Positions 1 through 7,687 of a stretch of DNA of 22,778 nucleotides are shown here, piece by piece. The position numbers were made by a program, and so were the translations under genes. The notes under the pieces are model-generated. The model worked only from the letters and a program-made list of their open reading frames with translations. It made no database searches and was not told the origin of the DNA. Each line of letters starts with the position of its first letter. Position 1 is the first letter of the stretch. The DNA comes from Candidatus Woesearchaeota archaeon (GTDB taxonomy: Archaea; Nanobdellota; Nanobdellia; Woesearchaeales; JAGVYF01), in the NCBI GenBank assembly GCA_023264635.1, contig JAHFLT010000006.1:33730-56507 (forward strand), read 5' to 3'.

Positions 1-436
1 TTCCTTGTACAAGTTTAGCAATTGTTTCTTCTGGAGTTTTCTCTACTGCGCCAGCCATTACTCCCATTCGTATTGCCGGAATAAGTAATTGACCATATCC
101 CTCTTGATGTGCTGCTTCTAAACCAGTATAAACAACTTTATCCAAAGAAGATTGTAAATCATCAACAACAAAGACAATATCATTAAAGCTTCCTCTATGG
201 TTTGAAGCATTGCCTTTTGCAACGACTGTTTGTAAATCAGATAACGGCATAGCTTGTGCTGCTTGTGAATGGTATTGATTTCCAGCAACTCTTTGAATTG
301 CTCCATCAATTCCGCCATACCACATCCCGCCTGAATTTATTGCAGTCATTATAGCATCGGTTGGAATTTGAGTAATATCCCCTTGAACTACATAAAGTCC
401 TATCTTTCCAATTCTTTTTACAAGATTTTCATTCAT
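1..436 (-). CDS. Macro domain protein (ADP-ribose binding / ADP-ribosyl hydrolase family), N-terminal 145 codons; the 3' end runs off the left window edge
   Basis: Absent from the supplied ORF track because it is open at the window edge. Manual translation of the minus strand from ATG 436-434 gives MNENLVKRIGKIGLYVVQGDITQIPTDAIMTAINSGGMWYGGIDGAIQRVAGNQYHSQAAQAMPLSDLQTVVAKGNASNHRGSFNDIVFVVDD... This carries the macro-domain signature (GDIT..DAIxxAxN..GGxDGAI). A GGAGG Shine-Dalgarno lies at 446-450 (minus strand), 9 nt upstream of the ATG. Confidence 0.8.
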   Translation of the reverse strand, partial: MNENLVKRIGKIGLYVVQGDITQIPTDAIMTAINSGGMWYGGIDGAIQRVAGNQYHSQAAQAMPLSDLQTVVAKGNASNHRGSFNDIVFVVDDLQSSLDKVVYTGLEAAHQEGYGQLLIPAIRMGVMAGAVEKTPEETIAKLVQG

Positions 437-472
437 TTTTTTTTGCCTCCTATCAGAGGAAGATATAGGTCG

Positions 473-485
473 TATTTAAATATTT
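473..485 (-). promoter_or_regulatory. Candidate TATA box for the macro-domain gene (leadered, SD-containing mRNA)
   Basis: The minus strand reads aaatatttaaata, centred about 43 nt upstream of ATG 436. The same 13-mer occurs at 2762-2774. This geometry predicts a short leader containing the GGAGG. Confidence 0.35.
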
Positions 486-547
486 GGTTAAATAGTCTTT
501 TCGCGGTAGTAACAATTCTTACCATATCCGTAAATTTTGCCCCGTAG

Positions 548-734
548 CGATTGAGATTAACATCTGAATAAGTTTCTTCTTAAGGTACTTAATCAGAATA
601 GGGTATTTAATCATATTCAGGTATTTCATAATCTTTCTTTTCCGGGAGCCACCCTTCATTATCCAGAAGAATGTGCTGTTCTGCAACAAGTGCGCCAATG
701 TCTCCAAAGAGTTTTCTGGCTTCCTCTACGCCCT
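548..734. repeat. Direct repeat copy A (187 bp, 100% identical to 2417-2603)
   Basis: Base-by-base comparison of 548-734 with 2417-2603 (offset 1869) found no mismatch. Identity breaks at 547/2416 (g vs t) and at 735/2604 (a vs c). Confidence 0.95.
607..734 (-). pseudogene. Truncated 3' fragment (last ~42 codons plus stop) of the small His-rich gene at 2476-2760
   Basis: This is the part of repeat copy A that corresponds to 2476-2603 of the intact gene. It would encode ...GVEEARKLFGDIGALVAEQHILLDNEGWLPEKKDYEIPEYD*. It has no start codon and its 5' part is replaced by the IS end at 735. Confidence 0.8.
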
Positions 735-1400
735 AAAGGGTTGCGAGGTTGCGACCTCGCAACTCCGAGACCGCAGTCTCGGAGCGGGGTTTCCAACAAC
801 TACAACGACTAGCTAAACAAATGCTTCAAGTCGGGTCTGGTGTACGTCTTCCTGATGCTTCACGTAGTTGTCAACAAAATCCACTGTATTGTAACCAACG
901 CTACCAGTATATGCTCCCAGACTCCAAAAATGTCCTCGTGGATAACGTAATCTGAACTTTTCTTGCATTCGAAAGAGGAGATAAGATGAGCCGCCTTTGA
1001 GAAGTTGTAATGCTTTGCTCTGCGACATACTCGGTGGGAGTTCGCAGCTAACATGAACATGTTCTGGCATGACGCTAAGCTCGCGTATCTCAATTCCGTG
1101 CTTTTCTGCTTGTTGTTTTATCGCATCTTCACAAGCTTTTTTATACTTCTCTTGATTGAGCATATGGTAGCGATATTTCGTACACCACTGTAAATGGTGT
1201 ATGTTAACACCAACTTTATGAGCAAAATGTGACATTTTAACGTTCGTCATTTTTTTTCTCTCAGGAGAACGAAGACAGCTCACACTACTTTGGTTCTAAA
1301 AGTGCGTGGCGCAAAAATTCTTTCGCCACGTACTTTTTGTTTTACTAGCAGAAAAAACTGTCGCCATTCCTCCCCATGCTAAAGCAAGGGGATTTCTGGC
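735..1400 (-). mobile_element. IS200/IS605-family insertion sequence (tnpA only). The right end at about 735 is well defined; the left end is only approximate (1340-1440).
   Basis: It contains a Y1 HUH transposase gene flanked by subterminal hairpins, as expected for this family. Downstream of tnpA there are two: gttgcgagg/cctcgcaac (740-763, 9-bp stem) and ctccgagac/gtctcggag (763-784, 9-bp stem). Upstream there is agtgcgtggcg/cgccacgtact (1301-1334, 11-bp stem with one G-T pair). I found no terminal inverted repeats, which fits IS200. The size of about 0.7 kb fits IS200-type elements. Confidence 0.75.
813..1250 (-). CDS. tnpA: IS200/IS605 family Y1 (HUH) transposase TnpA
   Basis: The translation contains HHLQWCTKYRYHML, as in typical TnpA (H.VW..KYR). 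It has the HUH motif PEHVHVSCEL and a C-terminal catalytic Tyr region, DNYVKHQ. The track ORF extends to 1283. I prefer ATG 1250 (MTNVKMSHF...) or ATG 1235, which give the usual 140-145 aa. Confidence 0.85.
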   Translation of the reverse strand: MTNVKMSHFAHKVGVNIHHLQWCTKYRYHMLNQEKYKKACEDAIKQQAEKHGIEIRELSVMPEHVHVSCELPPSMSQSKALQLLKGGSSYLLFRMQEKFRLRYPRGHFWSLGAYTGSVGYNTVDFVDNYVKHQEDVHQTRLEAFV

Positions 1401-1498
1401 ATAACACTTAAGTAATAACCTCCATACAACAATCGTACACCCGTCAAAAGCACCAAAAGTTTATAATCAAATTGTAGAATTTATCAAAGAGGATTAAA

Positions 1499-2353
1499 AT
1501 GGATTCCGAAAAAGCATTAGTAGTATTTCAAAGTAAGAAAATACGAAGAGCTTGGTTTAAAGAAGAGTGGTATTATTCTTTGGTTGATATAGTCCAAGCT
1601 TTAACAGATAGTGTTAATCCTACTGATTATCTAAAAAAACTGCGTAAAAGGGATGAAGAGCTTGGAAGCTACCTAGGGACAAATTGTCCCCATGTAGAAA
1701 TGCTGACTGAAACAGGCAAAAATAGACAGGTTCTTGCAGGTAACACAAAAGACGTTTTTAGGCTTATCCAATCAATTCCAAGCAAAAATGCTGAACCATT
1801 TAAGAGATGGCTGGCTGAAGTAGGAAAAGAACGAATTGATGAAATAGAGAATCCTGAACTAGCACAGGAAAGAATGAAAGAAATTTATTCTGCAAAGGGC
1901 TATCCTAAAGATTGGATTGATAAGCGATTAAGGGGTATTGCTATAAGGCAAAATCTGACTGACGAATGGAAAGAGAGAGGTATTGAAGAAAAAAGAGATT
2001 TTGCAATACTCACAGCAGAAATTTCTAAAGCTACATTCGGAATGACTCCAAGTGAGTACAAAGAATTCAAAACTCTGCCAAAACAATCCAAAGCTAATCT
2101 AAGAGATAATATGAATGACTTAGAGCTAATTTTCACCATGCTTGGTGAACGCATGACAACTGAACTTTCACAAGAAGAAAAACCAGAAAATTTTGACAAA
2201 AGTAAGGATATTGCCAAAAGAGGTGGAAAAGTAGCAGGAAACGCTAGGATAGAAGCTGAAAAAGAGTTAGGTCGTCCAGTAATAACCGGAGAAAATTCTC
2301 TTTCTATGTTTGAGAAAAAGAAGAAACATTTAGAAGATAAGAGCAAGAAGTAA
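1499..2353 (+). CDS. BRO-N domain / DinD-like (phage antirepressor-type) protein
   Basis: The N-terminus (LVVFQSKKIRRAWFKEEWYYSLVDIVQAL) looks like a Bro-N fold signature. The central and C-terminal part (KRWLAEVGKERIDEIENPELAQERMKEIY...AILTAEISKATFGMTPSEYKEFK...DNMNDLELIF) resembles the DNA-damage-inducible protein D / BRO family as I remember it. An AGAGGA Shine-Dalgarno-like element lies about 8 nt upstream. Confidence 0.7.
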   Translation: MDSEKALVVFQSKKIRRAWFKEEWYYSLVDIVQALTDSVNPTDYLKKLRKRDEELGSYLGTNCPHVEMLTETGKNRQVLAGNTKDVFRLIQSIPSKNAEPFKRWLAEVGKERIDEIENPELAQERMKEIYSAKGYPKDWIDKRLRGIAIRQNLTDEWKERGIEEKRDFAILTAEISKATFGMTPSEYKEFKTLPKQSKANLRDNMNDLELIFTMLGERMTTELSQEEKPENFDKSKDIAKRGGKVAGNARIEAEKELGRPVITGENSLSMFEKKKKHLEDKSKK

Positions 2354-2416
2354 CGGAACTCCCCCTCGTGTTTAGTCGTTAGAAATATCCCCCCATTAGT
2401 CGTTAGCCCTCTTTCT

Positions 2417-2603
2417 CGATTGAGATTAACATCTGAATAAGTTTCTTCTTAAGGTACTTAATCAGAATAGGGTATTTAATCATATTCAGGTATTTCATAA
2501 TCTTTCTTTTCCGGGAGCCACCCTTCATTATCCAGAAGAATGTGCTGTTCTGCAACAAGTGCGCCAATGTCTCCAAAGAGTTTTCTGGCTTCCTCTACGC
2601 CCT
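2417..2603. repeat. Direct repeat copy B (187 bp, identical to 548-734)
   Basis: See copy A. It covers 59 nt downstream of the stop plus the last 128 nt of the intact small gene at 2476-2760. Confidence 0.95.
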
Positions 2604-2760
2604 CTTTATGATGACGATGTTTTCTGTGCTTGTACTTGAGATGGAGAGGATACAGTGAAGCAAACTCATCCAGCCATGTATGGACTTTTTCGTAACGCGC
2701 TCCATATTTCTTTTCAGCCTCTTTGCAATGATGTTCGAAGTCCATAACCTCAGGAATCAC
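2476..2760 (-). CDS. Small His/Lys-rich hypothetical protein (89-94 aa)
   Basis: The ORF is intact and encodes MDFEHHCKEAEKKYGARYEKVHTWLDEF...KYKHRKHRHHKEG... I recognise no domain. The start is probably ATG 2745, which sits 24 nt from the TATA centre and fits a leaderless mRNA, rather than GTG 2760. Confidence 0.6.
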   Translation of the reverse strand: MIPEVMDFEHHCKEAEKKYGARYEKVHTWLDEFASLYPLHLKYKHRKHRHHKEGVEEARKLFGDIGALVAEQHILLDNEGWLPEKKDYEIPEYD

Positions 2761-2761
2761 G

Positions 2762-2774
2762 AAATATTTAAATA
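2762..2774. promoter_or_regulatory. Near-palindromic TATA box shared by divergent genes (2745 minus, 2799 plus)
   Basis: The sequence is aaatatttaaata, centred about 24 nt from ATG 2745 (minus strand) and about 30 nt from ATG 2799 (plus strand). This matches archaeal TATA-to-TSS geometry for leaderless transcripts. Confidence 0.5.
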
Positions 2775-2798
2775 GATTTTTCTCTGTTTATTATCCCC

Positions 2799-3359
2799 AT
2801 GAGATGGTGGATAGTTGTATTATTCCTGATTTACCTCTCAGCTGCCTCTGCGACGACTTTTCTGCCCCAGACCCTTGATGATTTGGATAGGCAAGCTGAC
2901 TACATTATTGTTGGTACTGTCACTAACCAGAACGGTTTACAGGAGAATAAAACCATCAGCACGCAGACAGCAATAGCTGTCGAAGAGTGGGTGAGAGGAT
3001 CCTCGATAGGAGACACTGTAGTGGTAAAAGAATTGGGTGGCATTATAGGAGATGTCATGATGGTAGTTCCCGGAAGTCCTCATTTTGAGCAAAGAGAACG
3101 TGTGGTGCTTTTCATGAAAGAAGATAGCCCTGCACGATGGCGGCATCGTATAGCATATGGCCATACAGTTGGCATGGCGCAAGGCAAATTCTCTCTCGAG
3201 ACAGATGAACAAGGGAAAGAAATGCTTATCAACGACTTGGGTGGTGCACATCTGCTTATTGGAGAGAAACAAAAACCAATCTCACTCGCAGCATTCCGTG
3301 CACAGTTCAAGCAGAGTTTTCTGGCACAACTTCTCTCTTGGTTAAAGGTGGTCATGTGA
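2799..3359 (+). CDS. Secreted or membrane-anchored hypothetical protein (186 aa)
   Basis: There is an N-terminal signal-like segment, MRWWIVVLFLIYLSAASATT. No domain is recognisable. Its stop codon TGA (3357-3359) overlaps the likely GTG start (3356) of the downstream giant gene. Confidence 0.65.
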   Translation: MRWWIVVLFLIYLSAASATTFLPQTLDDLDRQADYIIVGTVTNQNGLQENKTISTQTAIAVEEWVRGSSIGDTVVVKELGGIIGDVMMVVPGSPHFEQRERVVLFMKEDSPARWRHRIAYGHTVGMAQGKFSLETDEQGKEMLINDLGGAHLLIGEKQKPISLAAFRAQFKQSFLAQLLSWLKVVM

Positions 3360-6300
3360 AAAGTAGCCATTGGAAAATTATTGCTACCTTCGTTTTCCTG
3401 CTTTTTTTCCTGACTCCCGTATCAGCATATGTCAGGGCAACCTTTGACTTACCTACAGGAGTCAAACACGTTTTTTGGCAGTCCTCAGATATGCCCATAA
3501 AATGGTCAACTACTGCTGCAGGCTCAGCAGATAGTACATTTGCGGAGATGTTCAGTGCCATTAACCACAGCTTTGGCAGATGGGAAAATGTCAGTTTCGC
3601 AAACATACGTTTTTCATATCAAGGGAATGTTACTTCTTATGTAGGAAACGATGGTGTGAATCTCGTTGCATTTGATGAGAATGGGTCATTGCTTGCAATG
3701 GGGCCATCAACGCTTGCAACGACACAATTCTTCATTTCAGTCTCAACAGGGAGATTGCTGGATGCAGATATCATATTCAATGGCAAGTCATTTACATTTT
3801 CTACAACAGGAAATAATTATGACATAGAATCAATAGCAACCCACGAAATAGGGCATCTTATTGGCCTTGATCACGCCATTATCGGCACAGAAACAGATAC
3901 TGCAAGCAGACCGACCATGACTCCTTATTATAGTGGATTGGATGGCAGAACGCTCGAGCAGGATGATAGAGCTGGTGTCGGTGTTATTTACCCTGGCACT
4001 ATTTTTTTAACAACAGGAAACATAAGCGGCAATATACGGAATGAACATGAAATCTTTGGAGCATATGTTGCTGCGCTCAATGCCAGCACAAACAAACCAG
4101 TTATTGCTGTTTTTACGGGATACCACACTGGGAAAGGTATTGAGGGAGAAGGGGATTATCAAATGCTTGGATTGGAAACCGGAGTCTATACGCTAAAAGT
4201 GACGCCAATGGACGGCTTCAACGGAATAACCTCAAGTAATTTTAATGGGATATTCTCGACTACTTTTACTCAGGGGTTTCGAACGCAATTCTATAATAAT
4301 ATGTTTCACCAGGGAATTGCGAGGAATATAACTATTGAACCAAATACCGCATTTGTTGCTTCATTTAATGGGGTTATTGCACAGGTGAATATCTCGCTAT
4401 CCCCTGACCAGACTGTGCCTGTGGGAAATGATGCACGATATTCTGTTTTTGTAGGCAATACGGGAAATGATAATGACAATTTCACGCTTGCCATTGTTAG
4501 TAATAGCGATGCAAACGCCGGTGTGAATGCTACATTTAATCAGACATTTTTCTCCAATGTTGCAGATGGAGAAAAACGCACGGCACTTTTGATAGTGCAC
4601 AGCACTCTTGCGAGAATGAACACAATAACGCTCAATGTAACGTCACAAGCTAATGCATCTGCAGGTACAAGCGCTACTGTGGTGACAACAGTGATAACTA
4701 ATCTCTCTGTATCACTTATCTCCCCACAAAACAACAGCTTCAGCGCATCTTCTGTCCCTAATTTTATCTGCAATGCGACGGGTGGGCCACTGCAGAGCAT
4801 GACACTTTTCTATTATGGAGTAAATAGCAATAATAGTGATACTATCGATAATACCTCCACTCAGATTAGAGGTAATACCTCCACGATTCTAAGCGGTACA
4901 ATAAACAAAACGCAATTTACACTTTCTCTTCCCGATGGACGATTATTGTGGAGTTGTACAGCTACTGATTCTTTGGGCAATACAGCTTTTGCAGATACCT
5001 TTACCTTCACCATAGATACACATACACCTGCTGTTCATTATATTAGCCTTAATGCCTCATACCTAAAACCCAATTCACCAATACTTGTTACTGTAAATGC
5101 AACAGATGCAGTGACGAATGTATCTGCTGTCTTTGTAACTGCCATCTCTGCCACTTCCCTTTCGGGTAATAGTACTCCTTTGGTGAGAAGAGAGAGAAGT
5201 GGTGCATTCTTCGGCGGCAGTATTTTCAGCAATAGTATTCAGGGGCAATCCACTCGAGGGTCACACACATTGTCGGTTGTCACAAGTGACAGTCTCAATA
5301 ACACGGTAACGAATCTTACTTCCTACGTCGTGGATGCTGATAATCCAACAATAACCCCTTATGTTCCCGTTGGTCCTATTAGAGCTTACAATGCAACGTT
5401 CATTTGGCAGGTGGAGGACAACCTGAGCAGCACCAGCCTTACTGTAGATGGTCTCCTTCAGGCGGTACCGATTATTAATAAAACGATGGATGTGCAAAAT
5501 TTCTCTGCAACAATCACTGGCTTGCGATCAGGCATGCATGAAATGAGTATTACAGCAACAGATAATGCATCTAATTCTGCACGAATCACTTTTACTTTCT
5601 CGCTGTTCCATGAGGAAAATCTAACGGAAATGGTACAGCGACTCTTAACAGCTGGTCGTGGACAGCTAACAAATATTACCTATAGTGATATACTGGGAAA
5701 TCTCCTCTCTGGCGCTATTTCCGCTAACCAAACGATCATCAAAGATTTTGTCATCAATTCCTCTCTTGTAGGTGTTAATGCATCAGTTACTATAACTGCC
5801 TTTGGTGAGAACTATGATGAAACGAAAGCTTCCTCTGTATCAGTTGAAGCAAACCGAAGGAGTGCCCTTGCTTCAATGGTGGGCTCACATCTTGGGGGAG
5901 ATCCTCCAAGGGCAATTGTCCTTTTCCAGAATATGAGTCACTATGTTACTACTTATTCACTACAGAACGGCACGAGTACTTTTGTTACGCTCACATTTAA
6001 GCAGCTGCTTGGTTCTCTGCTACCATTTTATGTTGCTGATGATGATGGCACTTCTGTTTACCTTCTCAGCCGCTGTGCCAATAACAGTCCGCCAACAGGA
6101 ACACCCTCACTCAGCACGATGTGCTATACAAATTCTACCACAAGCGTCATACTGTACGTGCCCCATCTCTCTGGCGGAGGATTGGATGACCCTGCAAATG
6201 CACCGGCCATAAAGCTCACAACACCAACAACTGTTATAGACAATTCATTCTTTACTGCACACGGCACTATCCAAGATTTAAATCTTGATACAACAAGCTG

Positions 6301-7687
6301 CGATTACACTATTACCAAAAGCATTACTACTAACAGCAATTCAAATGCTATTGCCACTACTGGAAGATTCACTCCAACACAGATAACATCCACTAATTAT
6401 ACTTTTTCAATAGGTGAACTTACTGACTTGGCTAATGGAACCAGCTATAATTTCACCGTAAGTTGTGCTTCTACGGACACCAACAGGACAACACTTCTAC
6501 GCCAGTTCATTGTTGCTGATACAACACCACCGAAAACCACAAGCATAACAATCAGCGGTATAACCTCCTCACGTTCAACAGGAACTCTCACTGCTGTATT
6601 TGCAACAGATGAGACAGCAGTCTGTGGCTATAATAGCACTGCACCAACATCATTATTGTCATCTTTTTTACAGGCAGATACCACGTTAAGCAGTGTAGAT
6701 AATAACGGTAGAATTGATAACAAAACCCATACTTATTCTAAGACATACACAGCAGACGGTACTGTTGTTGTTCCATCAGTGGTATGCGTAGATCTGAATG
6801 GTAACAGTCAAACACAAGGCAATGAGAGCTTTTCAGTAATGGTGAATGTGGAGAAACCGCGTGTTTTTGCAGCTGATGGAGGTGGAGGAAGGGGTGGAGG
6901 AGGTGGAGGTGGCGGAAAAGCGACTGCCAAAGTGAACAGCCCTGCAAAAATCACCAAAGTAGCTGCAAACATCGCAAAGGGACAAACTGCTGTCCTAAGC
7001 ATGATCACCAAAGAAGTAGCGTTGACCCAAATAGCATTCACTGCAACGGAATTCATCCCTAAGCTCACTGTTATAGCGATAAGGCTTGTTGACATTCCGG
7101 GCGTGCCGGAACTGCATGATCTCGTCTACGAATATCTCAATATCACGACTACTCCAAGAATAAACGCCAGTGATATCCGTCTTGAGCTGCGTGTTGCAAA
7201 AGAATGGCTAACTGCAAATAAGGTGGATACTTTAGGTTTCTATCTTCTGGAGAACGAAATATGGCAGCAGATTCCCCTTTCAAAGACTGGTGAAAGCGAT
7301 GTGCAGGTAACCTATACAGCAAAAACTCCTCATCTCAGTTTGTTTGCACTTGCAGGCGTGACAGGAAAAAATAAACAAAAAGAAGAACAGAGCAAGGAAA
7401 AAAAAGAAAAACAGAGTGATGATGCAGTAACACGAAACCAAACAGAACAAACAGAACAAGGAGCTAAAAAAGAATTGCCATTTCCCGGACAGATTAAGCA
7501 GGGAAATGAAAATGGCACGACACAAGTGCCCATGGCTATGCACCTTGCTACGTTACTATCTTCTCCAAAGCTACCATCCTACAAGTTACTTTTTATTGTC
7601 CTTATTGTGGCTCTGGTTATTACATTACTGATACACATGGTTCATGGACCAATGCACAAGCCACTACGGGCGCAGAGAAGAAAATAA
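3356..7687 (+). CDS. Giant secreted surface protein: N-terminal metzincin (matrixin/M10-like) Zn-protease domain, Ig/CARDB-like repeats, Gly hinge, PGF-pre-PGF-like domain and C-terminal TM anchor
   Basis: The signal peptide is KIIATFVFLLFFLTPVSAYV. The Zn motif HEIGHLIGLDH (HExxHxxGxxH) lies at 3842-3874, followed by a Met-turn candidate RPTMTPYY. A CARDB-like segment reads YSVFVGNTGNDNDNFTL. The Gly run DGGGGRGGGGGGGGK lies at 6878-6916. The segment at about 6950-7357 ends PHLSLFALAG and resembles the archaeal PGF-pre-PGF domain. The C-terminal TM is LLFIVLIVALVITLLIHMV, followed by the basic tail KPLRAQRRK. The track start is TTG 3338. I prefer GTG 3356, which is preceded by GGTGG (3347-3351). 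Confidence 0.85.
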   Translation: MKSSHWKIIATFVFLLFFLTPVSAYVRATFDLPTGVKHVFWQSSDMPIKWSTTAAGSADSTFAEMFSAINHSFGRWENVSFANIRFSYQGNVTSYVGNDGVNLVAFDENGSLLAMGPSTLATTQFFISVSTGRLLDADIIFNGKSFTFSTTGNNYDIESIATHEIGHLIGLDHAIIGTETDTASRPTMTPYYSGLDGRTLEQDDRAGVGVIYPGTIFLTTGNISGNIRNEHEIFGAYVAALNASTNKPVIAVFTGYHTGKGIEGEGDYQMLGLETGVYTLKVTPMDGFNGITSSNFNGIFSTTFTQGFRTQFYNNMFHQGIARNITIEPNTAFVASFNGVIAQVNISLSPDQTVPVGNDARYSVFVGNTGNDNDNFTLAIVSNSDANAGVNATFNQTFFSNVADGEKRTALLIVHSTLARMNTITLNVTSQANASAGTSATVVTTVITNLSVSLISPQNNSFSASSVPNFICNATGGPLQSMTLFYYGVNSNNSDTIDNTSTQIRGNTSTILSGTINKTQFTLSLPDGRLLWSCTATDSLGNTAFADTFTFTIDTHTPAVHYISLNASYLKPNSPILVTVNATDAVTNVSAVFVTAISATSLSGNSTPLVRRERSGAFFGGSIFSNSIQGQSTRGSHTLSVVTSDSLNNTVTNLTSYVVDADNPTITPYVPVGPIRAYNATFIWQVEDNLSSTSLTVDGLLQAVPIINKTMDVQNFSATITGLRSGMHEMSITATDNASNSARITFTFSLFHEENLTEMVQRLLTAGRGQLTNITYSDILGNLLSGAISANQTIIKDFVINSSLVGVNASVTITAFGENYDETKASSVSVEANRRSALASMVGSHLGGDPPRAIVLFQNMSHYVTTYSLQNGTSTFVTLTFKQLLGSLLPFYVADDDGTSVYLLSRCANNSPPTGTPSLSTMCYTNSTTSVILYVPHLSGGGLDDPANAPAIKLTTPTTVIDNSFFTAHGTIQDLNLDTTSCDYTITKSITTNSNSNAIATTGRFTPTQITSTNYTFSIGELTDLANGTSYNFTVSCASTDTNRTTLLRQFIVADTTPPKTTSITISGITSSRSTGTLTAVFATDETAVCGYNSTAPTSLLSSFLQADTTLSSVDNNGRIDNKTHTYSKTYTADGTVVVPSVVCVDLNGNSQTQGNESFSVMVNVEKPRVFAADGGGGRGGGGGGGGKATAKVNSPAKITKVAANIAKGQTAVLSMITKEVALTQIAFTATEFIPKLTVIAIRLVDIPGVPELHDLVYEYLNITTTPRINASDIRLELRVAKEWLTANKVDTLGFYLLENEIWQQIPLSKTGESDVQVTYTAKTPHLSLFALAGVTGKNKQKEEQSKEKKEKQSDDAVTRNQTEQTEQGAKKELPFPGQIKQGNENGTTQVPMAMHLATLLSSPKLPSYKLLFIVLIVALVITLLIHMVHGPMHKPLRAQRRK

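Noticed and set aside
1900-2346. Minus-strand 148-aa ORF
   Set aside because: It is antisense to the well-supported BRO-N gene. Its Ser/Phe-rich low-complexity product is typical of the reverse frame of a Lys/Glu-rich gene.
6878-6916. GGAGGT-rich glycine-hinge DNA as an internal ribosome-binding site or slippage hotspot
   Set aside because: It lies deep within a continuous ORF with no downstream in-frame start context. It is most simply a flexible Gly linker, and I see no evidence of frameshifting.
6808-7095. Minus-strand ORF with a poly-proline run (PPPPPPPPLPPPP)
   Set aside because: It is simply the antisense reading of the GGN-encoded glycine hinge of the giant surface protein and lies wholly inside that gene.
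7480-7687. Possible PGF-CTERM archaeosortase sorting signal at the end of the giant protein (the sequence contains PFPG and a terminal TM plus basic tail)
   Set aside because: The PFPG lies about 35 residues upstream of the TM helix rather than abutting it. The Thr/Ser-rich linker and the PGF-TM-Arg arrangement are not reproduced. I therefore call it a generic C-terminal TM anchor, while noting that the preceding domain does resemble pre-PGF.
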